DNA from: Amphiscolops sp. MND2022
Taxonomy: Eukaryota
Direction of reading: 5' to 3'
NCBI GenBank assembly: GCA_964187785.1
Contig: OZ076409.1
Location: 46,998,001 to 47,062,000, forward strand
Length of the DNA: 64,000 nucleotides
Position numbers and translations under genes: made by a program. Below are positions 41,065 to 53,400 of the stretch, piece by piece; positions within the stretch are counted from its first letter, which is position 1; each line of letters begins with the position of its first letter. The notes below the pieces were generated by a model, which saw nothing but the letters and a program-made list of their open reading frames with translations, had not been told where the DNA came from and did not search any database.

Positions 41065-41423
41065 AGTTCTGGGACATTACATTCAATGACAATACGCCCA
41101 AAACGGACATTTCGTTCAAAGCGGACATTGCGCCCAATATTTTGAAAAATTTGCTGCATGACGCGACCTTCCTCCTTTCGGGCCTCTTCGCGCCCTCCAG
41201 GTCGGTCTTCGTCAAAACCAACCGCTAGACCGGTAGTGGCACGTCGCTCCGATTCCTTTAGATCCTGTGTTTAAGGCACTAGAGGTATGTGACTTTAGTA
41301 GATTGTCTTCTTTGGACGAAAATTAGTTTCATATGTTTGGGCACTGTCTACCGTCCTCATAAGTACTGGGCGTAACGTCCTTTTTGGGCATAATTTTAGC
41401 TTTGGGCGTAATGTCCGGACACC
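41065..41423. mobile_element. MULE-like MITE with 9-10-bp TSD
   Basis: Direct repeat ACTTTTAGT(A) at 41056 and 41424. Imperfect TIRs AGTTCTGGGACATTAC / GTAATGTCCGGACACC. Sub-terminal GGACATT.CGCCCA units are inverted at the two ends. Confidence 0.72.
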
Positions 41424-42626
41424 ACTTTTAGTAAACCTGAGACATTAATTAATTGTCATCTCCAGTCTACTTGGGACCTTACTAACGTTTGGTTCCAAAC
41501 TGTCATGAAGTCTTCATAGTGGAAGTTTCCTAAATTTTAGACAAACAAAACACTCTAAGGGAAGCATTGTACAATGTTAGTATACTCTTTAGGAACAAAT
41601 TGACGTATTGTAGTTAAGGACTAAGCAGATCAGCTCTACCTGAGTTTTGGGCTTTTGTAAGAACAATGGGGTCTTTTAAGTTTCAGAAAATCCAAACAAA
41701 GAAACTTAAGTAACCTTGCTACGGGCTGATGGTTCATCTTCAAGCATTCCATTTTTCTCGAAATACTTCGTGTTTTTTTTTCAATTTAATCGCAACAACA
41801 CATAAATTATTCCACCAATTTAGATCAACGTTTCTGTTTTGTAGGAACCCTAACAAATAACAGAACAAAAACTTCAATCAATTGAGACGCGGTTTTTGAA
41901 ACATTAATTTTAAATTTGTGTAAACAGGTTTAGAAATGGTTATAGAAGAAGTTTATTTAACTGGATAGCATGAAACAAAATAATACAAATAATTATTTAT
42001 CATTCAATTTATCCAGTTAGGACACCAGATGAGCATAATTGCTCTTCCAGCTAGTGCCCTTTTTGCATATAATAGAAGCACCAACTTGCATGCTATATAA
42101 ATGCTTCTGCTTTTAGATTGCAATACTGTAGATTATAGATTTATACACTGGAGTGATATTGTGTTCCGTGCAAGTTTGTATTAGTGATGTATAGAGATTA
42201 CCAACGGTTATCGTCCATTGAACATCAACGTATCAAATGGTCATGTAAACCACCTACTATTAGGAGAACGAAAAAAAAACGGAACGCACAAATTATTCAC
42301 TCTTCAAAATTTTCTACAAAAACTGTCAACAAAAAATAGTTCGCTTTGTCTGTCAATCGTCTTTCACTCTCATTACTTGATCAAATCTTCAACGATCCCA
42401 AATTTCAGAAAAAGTCTAGACGTCTTTACCAGTCATTTCGTTCACACTTTTGATGTGTGTGAAAGTTTCTTGGCCTCGAAGAAAAGATATCAGATTGAAT
42501 GACTGACAAGCTGAATTGCAATGTTCAGAGTTGTTTTGAAACATTTGTTGGCAAATATTTGAAACTTTGAGAGCTCAAATATTTTCATGTGTTCAGTTTT
42601 TTATGGTTCACCTAGTAATAAACCCG

Positions 42627-43566
42627 TTAAACCAATTCAACTCCTTCTCGTGCGTGACTTTCGTAGAACATTTGACAAATATGGAGTTTGCAACAGCAGC
42701 AAAAGAATGATATCAGCTGATCGTTGAACTCGCTTCCTTCGATTCCATATCGGTATCGGGTCTCCGTTCTGAGTCGAGCAACAAGGAGGCACTCGACAAT
42801 CATGACAAAAACATAAACACATGAAAGTGAGAAAGCACTGATCAGGACACCCAGAATCAAATATGCAACTGAAAAGCTGGTGCATAAAAGAAGCAGATTA
42901 GCGACGGCCATCCACATAAGGATTGTCTTGCCTGTAGATCCCTTTTTAGTTCTTTCCATGATGGCGTAAATCAGCGCGGACGGGAGGAAATAGCCAATCA
43001 GACACCAAGAAGGTTTCAGCATGCAGTCGCACAACTTAAATCGCCATTGGGAGCCGAAATTCGTTGGGGGGATTTGGTGCGGCGGATTCAACATTGGTGC
43101 CTCGGGGGCTATCTGGCCTGAAATGATTTTATTCAGACAGAAGAAACCCTACGTTTGCCTATATTTAAACTTTCAAACTCAAAAATTTCGAAGAAATCGG
43201 AAAAGCTTCACAAAAATCCAGAATACAAAAACAAGAAGTTATTACTTTTTTGATACAAAAAAGTTTCAAATGAAAACTGATGGAAAACGAACTTGTGACG
43301 ACGAAAGTACGCAAATGAGGACTGGTTCTTTCGCTTATTTATTGGCTTGAAAAAAATTGATCAACACCAAACTTTCGTCAGAATTGGTTCATTTATGAAA
43401 TTCAATTTTTATTGGGCCTCTGAGGGGGGCTTGTCGACGCACCTGGTGTAGATGGGGGGAAATATGCAGGTGGTTGTTGCGGTACATTCCCGATGAAACT
43501 TGAATTCTGGTAGCTGCCACTCATGATGTCTTCCTTTGAGCTCGGACCAGGGAAAGATGTCGACAT
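42627..43566 (-). CDS. PLAC8/cornifelin-family cysteine-rich membrane protein; exons 43566-43443, 43117-42627 (~204 aa)
   Basis: W..KLCDC....CL..YFLP and RTETRYRYGIEGS..NDQL..FFC.CC...QM..E motifs. A Pro-rich first exon joins in phase 1 through CAG|GTGCGT and TTTCAG|. Confidence 0.85.
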
Positions 43567-44317
43567 TCTAAATTGAAAAGGCTTTCAAATATGATTCTAA
43601 TGATTTTTGAGTTCATGAGCTAAAACTCCGCTGAGTTGCAAAAAAGACAGTAATTTTAGTGATGCAAAGTCAGTACGATTCAGCTTTTCCTTTTTAAATT
43701 AGTTTTGAAAACACCTCAGATTCGTTCAAGTGAACCCAGAGTTCAAGAAGATATCTTTTCGCATTCCATCTTCGCCAGAAGAGCATTTATTCGAGAAAAA
43801 ATGCACATTCGGGAAATCAGGGATTTGATAAAAAGCTGTTCTTCTTTTCGCGAAAACAGTTTGCTCCCAACCTTCAAGTTTTCTCTTCTTTCTTCATCCG
43901 AAACCATAATTTTTGCTTATTATGAAAATTATTGTTCCCGAGTTTTTCCGATATCGCGACTGATTTTTAGAGACGGGTACGTCATTGCCATTGTTGAGAA
44001 ATTTTAAACATGAATGTTCATAAAGCTTATCCTGAACATCAATTTATATTGTCGCGGCTCATCAAATCAATTATAAGGGTTTTCTTAAAGCATCCCCTGA
44101 AAGTAAAAAAAAAAGAGTTAATTCGAAAAACCCCCTTTGTTTTGATGAGCTTCAATTATGCATTTTATTAAAACATCGCTGATGTTTAGTTATTTTTGGT
44201 TCTCTCGAGAAACAAAACAAATTAGCTTAGCACGTGAATTTTTATTTATTTCTTCCAACCACCACTTTTCGCAAAATGCAACCAAAAATGCGCTGGTGGA
44301 AACTACTTTTAACTAAG

Positions 44318-46703
44318 TGTCGCAGGCTGCCGCCTGCGACGCGAATTTTTCATCAAATTCCCCAAGAACAGGCTGAGACCAACCCTGCTCCTGAAGTTTT
44401 CCCTATTTAAACCGTAGAGATTGGTAGTGCATATAGCTACATATAATTTAGCTATTGATTGTTGCTTTTTTATATTTTAACCGTACGTACTTATAGTCCG
44501 TACGGCTACAATAAAATTACTGTTCTTACTCGTGAAACTATTTTTAATTGAATAATACTCAATTCTGTGCCTGATTTATTGTTGGAATGATGCTGGTAGA
44601 TTATGAATTGATTTATAACTAACGTAAACGTAAAAATTTGCCAAATTGATAACTTGCTGTGCAGGAGAAGAAACGCGTTCAAATGCTGTTTTGCTATAGC
44701 TCATTGTACGCACCGTCCTTAATAGAATTGACCAATCAGAGATCAGCGTTATATTACTTTCTCAGGCCGGTAGGACGTTACGTCCGTCGCGGTGGAATTG
44801 CAATACCTGTTGCTTGCCATTATATTCGCTACAAGAAGTGTTAGCACGATTACAAAGAACATGTAAATAGAACAATTAGAGATAGTTTAGAGCTTTCATA
44901 TAAAACCAATACCCTCAGTTCATGCAACTTGTTCACCCCCACCAACCCTATGATTCTATATATGGTAGTGACGTAATGTTGATGTCATTTACCCCAGTTA
45001 CTATTTTTTAGTAACATGAACACTACAATTTTGCCTGTCTTGCAAGGAAAAGTATAAATACTCGAGACACGTAGTTCAGGGGACCACAACTCTTGATGCT
45101 ACACCGATATCAAAATGCTGCGGTTAATTGAATATTTGCATTACGCCCTCATCAACAAATTTGTATTTGTAGGCTTGTTGTACAATAGCATTACCCATTC
45201 GATCAAGATATTTAGCCAATTCACTGTTGACACATTGATTCTTTTCAATGCCTTCCATTATTAAGCAGAAAGCAGACGAAAGGCGTTCTCGACAATTGAA
45301 CATCATGTCTGATGTCGAAAATGTAGTATACTGTTAGGAAGTTATTCAAGAGATGAAAACAGAAATGACAACAGTGAAGTTGAATTAAACATGGATTCAA
45401 GGTCTAGTAGACCACAACAGAATTCCAATTTGGCAGGAGAAAATTTCGGATCCCTTCTTAACACTAATAGTAGGGAAAATAATGAAATGACAATAGAAAC
45501 GACTCGAAAGACTAGTGATGAAATCTCTAATCAAATGTCCAAAAAGTTTAATGAGTTCAGATCTAGCTTAAATTCCCAAATTCAACATGCTCTTACTACA
45601 ACTATAACCGAAACGGTACTTCCTTCTATCCAAAAGACGACTATTTTCATCCCCTCATAGACGACAATAATCCCTATTATCCTGACCCTGACTATGGTTT
45701 TGACCCCTATGGGGACACTCATTCCTATAATCAACACCATCTATAATTCTACCTTAATTTTGATAAACAAACACAGGACATAGAGCCGGATTCTCCCGAA
45801 TCCAACCAAGCTCCCAATTAGACCCAATGAGACCCTTGCCAATGCATGTGTTGACCATTGGCAACACAAATGCCAATTCATTCACCAACCAACTTCTCTT
45901 GAGCCAGAGAACGAGATTCACCGTGGGGGACCACAGGTCTCTCTCGCTTCAGCAGTTGCTGCGCGCTTTGTGAACACCCTAGTAACAAGAACAGGGGAAC
46001 TAGACTATGTACCGCTGACAACCAATTTTGGCCTCAAATATAACCGGCGAATGCTATATTTTCCAATGGATTTCGGCGAACTAACTTTAGTCGGCTTTGA
46101 AGACACGGGAGCTCTCTAGCGCAATCCCAGAAGCTGATCTACGTAAAATCCGATTATTTGCCCACTCAATCTGTAATCAAAGAGAGCTCAGCACCCAACT
46201 TCCAAATAGTGGTTGCTAATGGACTGCTGGAAAATCCGAAGAGCACAGTCGAGCTGGAATTTGAAGTCGACGACATAGATTTCCACGAAAAACTTATAGT
46301 CATAAAAAAATTGTGCTAGTCCAATAATTGGCCTCTCATTCCTCCAACGGAATATTACCACTTTGACACGGGCAGAGTTTTTTGTACATGTGGAAACCCC
46401 TGTCTCTTCGTGATTTGAGGTTCAGAGTGTAACTGCTCGTTTCTAAAGAAACGGTAAGGAAAAGTGATGATCGGAATTAGCCGTTAAGTCATACAAACGC
46501 CGTTCACAATCGCGTACGAGCTGGTAGAACAACTCCAAACGACTGAGGAACAGATCGTCGTAAACAGTTGACCATTCTAACTTTTGTGGCTGAAATTCAC
46601 AACGATTAATACCGGTCTAGGATACATCAGGCTTCTTAGTAGGTATGAAGTTCGAATGGCCGGCAAGAAACAAGCCAAATGTACACCCCTGGTTCAAAAC
46701 GTT
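44318..46703 (+). mobile_element. Older, internally deleted Ty3/Gypsy remnant (putative LTR start, gag N-terminus, protease), interrupted by the young element
   Basis: Begins TGTCGCAGG (LTR-like TG start). Gag-like ORF pieces at 45248-45660. Protease remnant ELDYVPLTTNFGLKYNRRMLYFPMDFGELTLVGFEDTGAL (~45997-46116) aligns with young Pol EDDYIPLMSAIALKKKKRMLFLPIEFNTVKIEALVDSGAY. Left boundary uncertain. Confidence 0.72.
46443..46589 (-). pseudogene. Exon remnant of the older element's antisense accessory gene (homologue of exon 6/start of exon 7 of the 50456-54510 gene)
   Basis: TTTCAG|PQKLEWSTVYDDLFLSRLELFYQLV aligns without gaps to TTTTAG|LQGIDWLLTADNMITYRFSLLKVIL, with the same phase-0 acceptor position. 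Confidence 0.6.
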
Positions 46704-49052
46704 TGTTACGACTATTGTTCGGTGTTGTTTTAGAACTAGTCGCAGTTCGTGTCTTGACTGGGGTGGACGTTCTTGTTACGGAGATGTTTTCTTGGTCAGA
46801 ATCAGAATCTTGTATGTTCGAACTAACTGAGCATTTCTTGTTCGTAGGTGCTATTAATTTGAGCATTTCCTTTTGATTTTCGGCTAATATCTTTGTTAAA
46901 TCAGTCATTATTTCTTTTCTCAGAGTTGTTTTCATTTCCTCCAGGTTTTCAAGCTCAAGTCTAGGTTTTTTACTAGAACTAGGTATCAGGTTTTCAATAG
47001 AACCATTTTCATTCAGAGAAGCTTCGAAATCTCCTGACACTAACTCAGCTACAGCTTTCCTTTTCTGGCTTCTAGTTGTCATTTTGATCGAGAGAGAGAG
47101 AGAGAGAGAAAGTATCTTTGGAAAAGTTGAATTCTTCAAAGATCTAAGTTTTCTTTTGGATACGTTATAGTAACGGAACAAAACTGATTGTTACAAGGCA
47201 AGTCAAAATTGTAACTTTACAGGTATGTACTACATATTTATACTTTCCCAGCATCATTTGTTCCTCACCTAAAAATTCCTAGGTATCACAAAAATCGGGT
47301 TTGTTCAACAAAAAGCGCTAATGATTCATATCATTTCAGTCCCGCGTCGTAAAATCAGGCTTCAAAATTCCTAGTTGCGTCAGCGTCCCGTAAAATTTGT
47401 TGAAATCATTTTTGTTCAGGCAATCCCGTTTCCTGTTTAAGTCTCAAAATTGCGGTAAAATAAAAGTCTAGCTTGCATTTTCATCAGCGTAAGCACGCCG
47501 GCATGAACAATTAGTCAACTTTCAATTTGGGAAGCTGAGGTTTGAAGCAACATGATGACACTCAAAAATGGTGACGGAATGACGACGGAATGAATCAATT
47601 TGGAAGCGGAGGAAAAACATGGAAATTTGGTATAAAGGAACAAACGATGCTGAAATTATAATCTCAAATTCAAACATATGAATTACCTGCTAATGGTATG
47701 CTATATTGTTTACATTGAACACAAATTAAGTCCAAACGGGACTTTAACGAGATACAACAAAGATGAGCGCAACATATTCGTAATAATAAACGGAAAGCAA
47801 CTTCAACACTTTGCACAATAATCATGAAATTTATCAAAACATAATCGAAATCTGGTCATTAGCCCGATTGTTATTATCATAAAATACAACTGTCACTACT
47901 GACTTGAAGCCGATGAATTGACGTTGACCTTACGTCCTATGTTAGGATTATTGTTAAGATATTTTAAGTGCCGTAGTAAATCAAGTGGATTTGTTCCCTT
48001 AAGGAGGAACTAAGTAAGGCGTAATATCAACGTGTTTTAGTGATTTACCATGATGATACAAATCCAGAACATAAAATTACCATTGCAATTTTCTATCATT
48101 CTTCCTTACAGTACAGTTTTCCTTATGTAAAATCATAACTCTTAAATCTTTCAAATGCATCGATTTAAAGGGCTTCGTTTGGATTTCGTTTGAAGCAGTA
48201 TTTTTCATTTGCGATTTTACAATTCGCTCCGTAGGTGCTACGTATTAAGATTATCTATAGCAGAACAGCGGAATACAATTTTACAATCCGCTCCGTAAAT
48301 GTTCCGTACGTATTGAGATTGCTCATTGCTTAGCTGTCAGACCAAGCGGAGAGAAAGCGGAGTGCGTAGGTGAATTCATTCTCTTTCTCTTATTCCAATT
48401 GGTGTTGCTAGGGGCAACCGAAATTGATTCTATTTGACTTAGCTAAGAATAGTTCTATCAATAGAGTGACGTTATCGGTCCGTAGAAGCAAAATTCCTAA
48501 TATTAGCTCAGTAGATTGACGTTGCCATAGCGTTGTAAATATTTGCCTAAATCACTTGGCTGTGCTTTAAGTGAATATTGACAACCACTTCATCTCTGGA
48601 AAACAATTCCGCTCTATTATTTGTCTGTTCTTTTTCATTTTAGATTGTATGAATTCCGTTGGGATCTCGGAATTGAATTTTATTTTAATGTTTTCAATTT
48701 AGTGTGGACCAGTGGAAAGAATGATCCCAATTATAAATGTTCATTTTAGTGTTTAGATTAGTATGGCAGAAAATCAGATGATCATACCGGAAATGAAAAA
48801 TCTTATCACGCACGGAGAATATTTAACCGGAAGTTTTAGCTAAAAATCATTTCTGAAAAGTGTTCCGTAACGTTTACGTTAGGTTTTGTATTCGGAAAAT
48901 TATCTGCAATCGATTTAGCTGTACTGTAAGTAGAATTTAGATTAGTTTAAGATTAGTTTAATAGAGTTTACCTCGGCCTTGTCCTCGACCTCTTCCAAAG
49001 CCGGGTATGCCGCTACAGCAGTAGAAATTACGACCGGGAGCGGGTCGTGACA
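46704..49052 (-). repeat. 3' LTR (2349 bp)
   Basis: TGTTACGAC...GTCGTGACA. Near-identical to 60951-63295: about 15 substitutions counted by eye plus a 4-bp GA-repeat length difference. Confidence 0.97.
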
Positions 49053-49863
49053 GGGCCCCTCTTGAACCAAGAGATAAGGGTAGAGCGTTGCAGTGTGGGA
49101 TCTCTTTTCGGATAATGATTGGGGGGCGTCCGTTGTGTAGCCGCCTGCCGCGAGCAAGACCTCTGCCCTCCTTCATCTTGGCTATGAGCTTTTCTTCTTC
49201 TTCCATTTCGTGACTTTCCTTTTCTATTTGCGCCCACACAGTAGGACAAAATTCGGGTGGCCCACTTGGCTTGCTCGAGTTGCCCAATGTACAGTTGCAT
49301 TTTTCTTTTCCCTCCGTAGGGGGAACGTTTTCCTTTCTGCGGGGTAAGAATGGGGGTTGTCTGGGGCATTCCATTGCTTTCAGGCCACGGCCACGTCTGG
49401 CGGTTGCGGAGAACTGACGGTCTTCTAAATCTAAGTTGTATAGAGCGTCCAGATCTGCTAGCGGGGGTTCATTTAGGTCATTCAGCCTGACCGTATTCGG
49501 TACTCTCTCATTTCCCAGCAAGGGAATTTTACCTTTCGGAGTGGACGCGGTTTCTGCCCGAGAGGACTGCTCCTGCGGGGAGGGTGGCTCTTCGTAGTAG
49601 TCATCTGTGTCCGAATTGGCTGTTGACAGGTTGAACGTGACTCGCCCGAACTTCTTTTTCTTTTTGGGGGTGGGCCCAAATTTCCTCGGGGAGACATCGG
49701 AACCAAAAGAAGACTCTAAGTCTGCGTCGCTCCCGCGGTAAACTTCGACCGAGGAGTCACTTAGAGTTCCTACCGTATTCAGGGGCAGCGTTTTCAGCGG
49801 AGTGCTCGTGCGGTTATTTTCCTCATCAGAAGAGATGTCAATAACCAAGCTGTATCCGTTCAT
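48958..49863 (-). CDS. ORF3 of the retrotransposon, 301 aa, Ser/Pro/acidic low-complexity with basic NLS-like and RG-rich motifs; unknown function
   Basis: Intact ATG-started ORF in the env position with no evident signal peptide or TM segment. Contains PKKKKKFGR and ends GFGRGRGQGRGKLY inside the 3' LTR. Confidence 0.7.
   Translation of the reverse strand: MNGYSLVIDISSDEENNRTSTPLKTLPLNTVGTLSDSSVEVYRGSDADLESSFGSDVSPRKFGPTPKKKKKFGRVTFNLSTANSDTDDYYEEPPSPQEQSSRAETASTPKGKIPLLGNERVPNTVRLNDLNEPPLADLDALYNLDLEDRQFSATARRGRGLKAMECPRQPPFLPRRKENVPPTEGKEKCNCTLGNSSKPSGPPEFCPTVWAQIEKESHEMEEEEKLIAKMKEGRGLARGRRLHNGRPPIIIRKEIPHCNALPLSLGSRGALSRPAPGRNFYCCSGIPGFGRGRGQGRGKLY
49053..49063 (-). promoter_or_regulatory. 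Polypurine tract (short)
   Basis: AAGAGGGG-CCC immediately precedes the TGTCACG start of the 3' LTR on the minus strand. Confidence 0.6.
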
Positions 49864-50455
49864 CTTGTTGAGAATTTCAGGTTGTTTTATTTCAAGGATT
49901 TTCCTTGTTGGTGACGATTGTGCGTTAAGAAAATTGTGCTGGTCAAGCTTTATGAAGATTGGACGACAAATGACCGTTTCAAATTCTTTCTTACATAATT
50001 TTTATCGAAATTCTATTGGTCGGTTTTTCCGTTTTCGTTCCGGTGCGTCCCGAGTTAAGAAAAGAGATTTCTTTCATCTGCGCAGTGATTGGTTGAAACT
50101 CATAGAAAATCTTCTAATTTTATCTTCTTTCTTCTTTCTGTTTACTGGCGTAATGACGTCATTGATTTTTCTCGAATGTTCTACGTTCATATTCCGTAAT
50201 TTTCAAAATGCCATCTTTTCTTCAGAGCTTCTTGATGAATCTTTTATTCATCCGTATGCTTTTTGGAACGTTTTGTCCCGTCACTGCCGTAATAGGCTTT
50301 CACTGAAGTTGAACTTTAGATGATTTTTCAATTACGTAGGGATGACGTTGATGATTTCTTTTAGGGTGTCAACTTTTACTCGACGTGATTTCTATTTTGT
50401 TGATTTCTTTTTCCTTTTTAGATTTCGTTGGCAATCGCTATTGTCACTTTTGGTC

Positions 50456-53400
50456 ATGAGTGAAAACGCTGTTCCTCCTGATGTCTCTGGTTTTCTCAGT
50501 GGGCATGAGACTAACTTCTGCTTCACTGAAGACGACGCTTATCCCTCGGAAACGGAAGTTATAGTTACTTCTTCAGGTTGGTAAAAATTTTTCTGACTTC
50601 TTGGGTAGTAGGACTATTTTTGTTTTGGTGATCAGCCTTTTATAGTCTTACCCGTATCTCTGACGCGTCTGAACCAGATCTTGATTTTCAGTAACTCAAC
50701 CTGGAACTTCCTTGACTGTTGTTTCCGCTACTACTACGGGTGGGACATCTGCTACCCCCGTGGGGTTATCTTCGCTGAGTTCTTCTTTGAAGCTGCCTCC
50801 AGTGACTTCAGTGCTGGTTCCTGAGCAGTCCATCAATGATGTTTTGACAACATTGCTTCCTGCTAATCCTACTACTGGATCTTCAGTAGTTCCGGGTGTT
50901 GATGTTTCTTCTGCAGCTCCTCCTGGTTTGTCCGAAGTAGTTCCGGGCATTGATGTTTCCTCTGCAGTTCCCCCTGATTTGTCCGAAGTGGTTCCGGGCG
51001 ATTTTGATGTCAGTGTGGAGCCTCATGAAGGTGAGGCTGCTACCACCTCCACAGGAGAAGAAAGAACTGTAGAAGAGGAGGATACGCCAGTCTGTAAGTT
51101 GTGTGTTTGTGTGATTGGGTTCTTTTGTTGTTGTTGTTTTTTTTGTCAACTTGTTGGTTTCTGTTTTCCATTTCTTATCACTCTTGTGTTGTAGGTTCGA
51201 AAGTTTTTCCATTCCGGAAGACGAGCGTGAAGTTCATGGAATCGTCTCCGAAATTGAAAAGGACAACACGGGTCGCAGATGTTGATGCTACCTTGAGTGG
51301 TTGGAGTGGGGCAGAAGACGTATCATTCTCGGCAACTCCCGTGTCACCCGAAATGATGCAGCTGGGTCGTCAGTTGGCTTCGACGGTAGAGGAGCGTACT
51401 GCTCGGCAGATACAGACAGGTGAGTTGTTTATTTGTGATTGGCCTCTTGTTGGAATGGTGTGTGGTACGTTGCAGCGACGTTTGTTTTGGGTGTTACATT
51501 TGTTTGATTGGTTTTGTGCGTGTTATAGGCTTCAGCGAGCTTGTTGAGAAAGTGGAGAGTCACTTTGAGCGCCCGAAGGCGAAGAAGTATAGCAGTCGGA
51601 AGTTGTTGCATCGTCGGATGCTAGCGCTGAATCCATTGTTTGCTGACTTCGTGACGGGTTCGGAGTGTGGAAGTGCAAAGGTCTTCTATTGTCGCATTTG
51701 TAGAAGAGACGTAAAGATGGGCTCAAAAGGGGCAGCTGAGTTTGTTCGTCATTTTGAGTCGAAGAAACACTGGGAGCAGGACGTCACATATCGTGTGCAC
51801 ATGGGTCTCCCTGTGTACAACAAGCTAATGGAGCCCATGGAGCTGAGTGCCCGTCAGAGGGACGACTTCCTTTCACGGCCCTTCGTGGATTTGGGCGGGG
51901 AGTTTCCTTTCCCTGAGGACATGTTGCCCAAACATTCAAAGGCTTCTTCGAAGGTGCCCCTGATGACTCTCGTTTCAAGCTTGAGTGATGTGTTGCGCAG
52001 TGGCGGGGATTTCACGTTGGTTCGTCGTCTGTGGGGCTACTTCCTTGCGTCTCTGGGCGGTCGGGATCCGGAATTCTCTCTACAGTGGAGTCGCTCAGAG
52101 ACTGTGGTTAGTATTTTTGTGTGTTTGGTACATTTAGTGGGTGGTGTTCTGTTATGTGGTATTTGCTCCTTTTATTGTAAGCCGCTAGGTGACCGTAAAG
52201 ATGTACTGTTGTGTGATTTCGCTCTCTGTTGTTGTTTATTTCCTCTTCCTTCTTCTTTTCATTTGGGTGTTTGTTTCAGTCCGTGTTGTGTCAAGGCCTT
52301 GTTCCCCGAGTGCTGCGCGTGATGTTCAAGAACGTTGGGCAATTTCGGGAGTATTCTCTGCAGTATGAAAAGGATACGGAGGTAGAACGTTGTTTCGTTC
52401 TCTTCTGGGAAGACAACTATTTGAAGAAGGTATGTGTCGGTTGTGAGTCGCTGCTGCAGCGTGTGCCAAAACCAGAGTTGCTGCCCTTGGCACGAGTCGT
52501 CTGTAGTTTACCGTCTGGGAAGTTGCCTTTGGCTATAGTCGGCGGAAGTCCGTCCTTAGTCCGTGTCTTGAGTGACACTCGCGCTGACAGTCGTGTCTTT
52601 GTGTCTTACCAGCCCTTCACTAGTGAGATGTTGATTCGTTGTATTCGGCAAGCCTATCAGGACGTGTTCAGTATGATGGAGGTGACTTCCCTGGTGGATT
52701 ATACTGTGTTACGTTTGAAAACTGCCATTTACGAGGACTGGATGGAGGAGAGAGCCATACTGTGTAAAAGTGTTCGTCAGGGCCACGTGGAATTCGCTGA
52801 TTTGCGGGAAGTACTGTCAGATCTGATAGAGTTATGGCCTTCAATACGTCCATTTGTTCGATGTACTGGTAACCCTGAGGCTAAGGACAAGGCTGAACGG
52901 GTGAGTGAAAATTGTTCCTTCCGTCCGGTGTAGTTGCGGTGTTACTTTTTGTCATATCATGTTGTGTATTTTAGCTACAGGGGATTGATTGGTTACTAAC
53001 TGCCGATAATATGATAACGTATCGGTTCAGTCTGCTGAAAGTGATCCTCGATACTTGTGAGTGTTTTCTTTTGAGTTGATAGATTGTTCTTTGACTGTTG
53101 TTGACTGCGTATTTGTTCGTATTAGTGGCTGTTCTTTCCTGTCTTTCTCTTTTGTGTATTGGGGTAGGGTTGTTCTTCTGTTGTATACAAATCATGGTGT
53201 ATGTTTTAGTCTACAACAATTGCCCCAGATTTTGACAGGATCAGGCGGATTATGCTTTCCGCGCTTATGGCGAGTTTTGCAATTTTGTGTATCGCCTGCT
53301 CTTGAAAACTCGCAGCACCAGTGGTCTTCCTGAAATTCATGCTTGGGAGTGTTACATGGATGTCGTGAAGGTCCGGGATTTCGCTGTTGTTCCGTGTGAT

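Noticed and set aside
46636..47181. 181-aa ORF nearly identical to the Gag N-terminus
   Set aside because: It is the LTR copy of the gag start running into flanking DNA, not an independent gene; covered in the Gag-in-LTR finding.
48958..49863. ORF3 as an env gene
   Set aside because: No signal peptide, fusion peptide or transmembrane anchor is visible.
50886..50999. 51-bp (17-aa) tandem repeat VVPG.DVSSA.PP.LSE
   Set aside because: Real but explained as an in-frame low-complexity repeat in exon 2 of the accessory gene.
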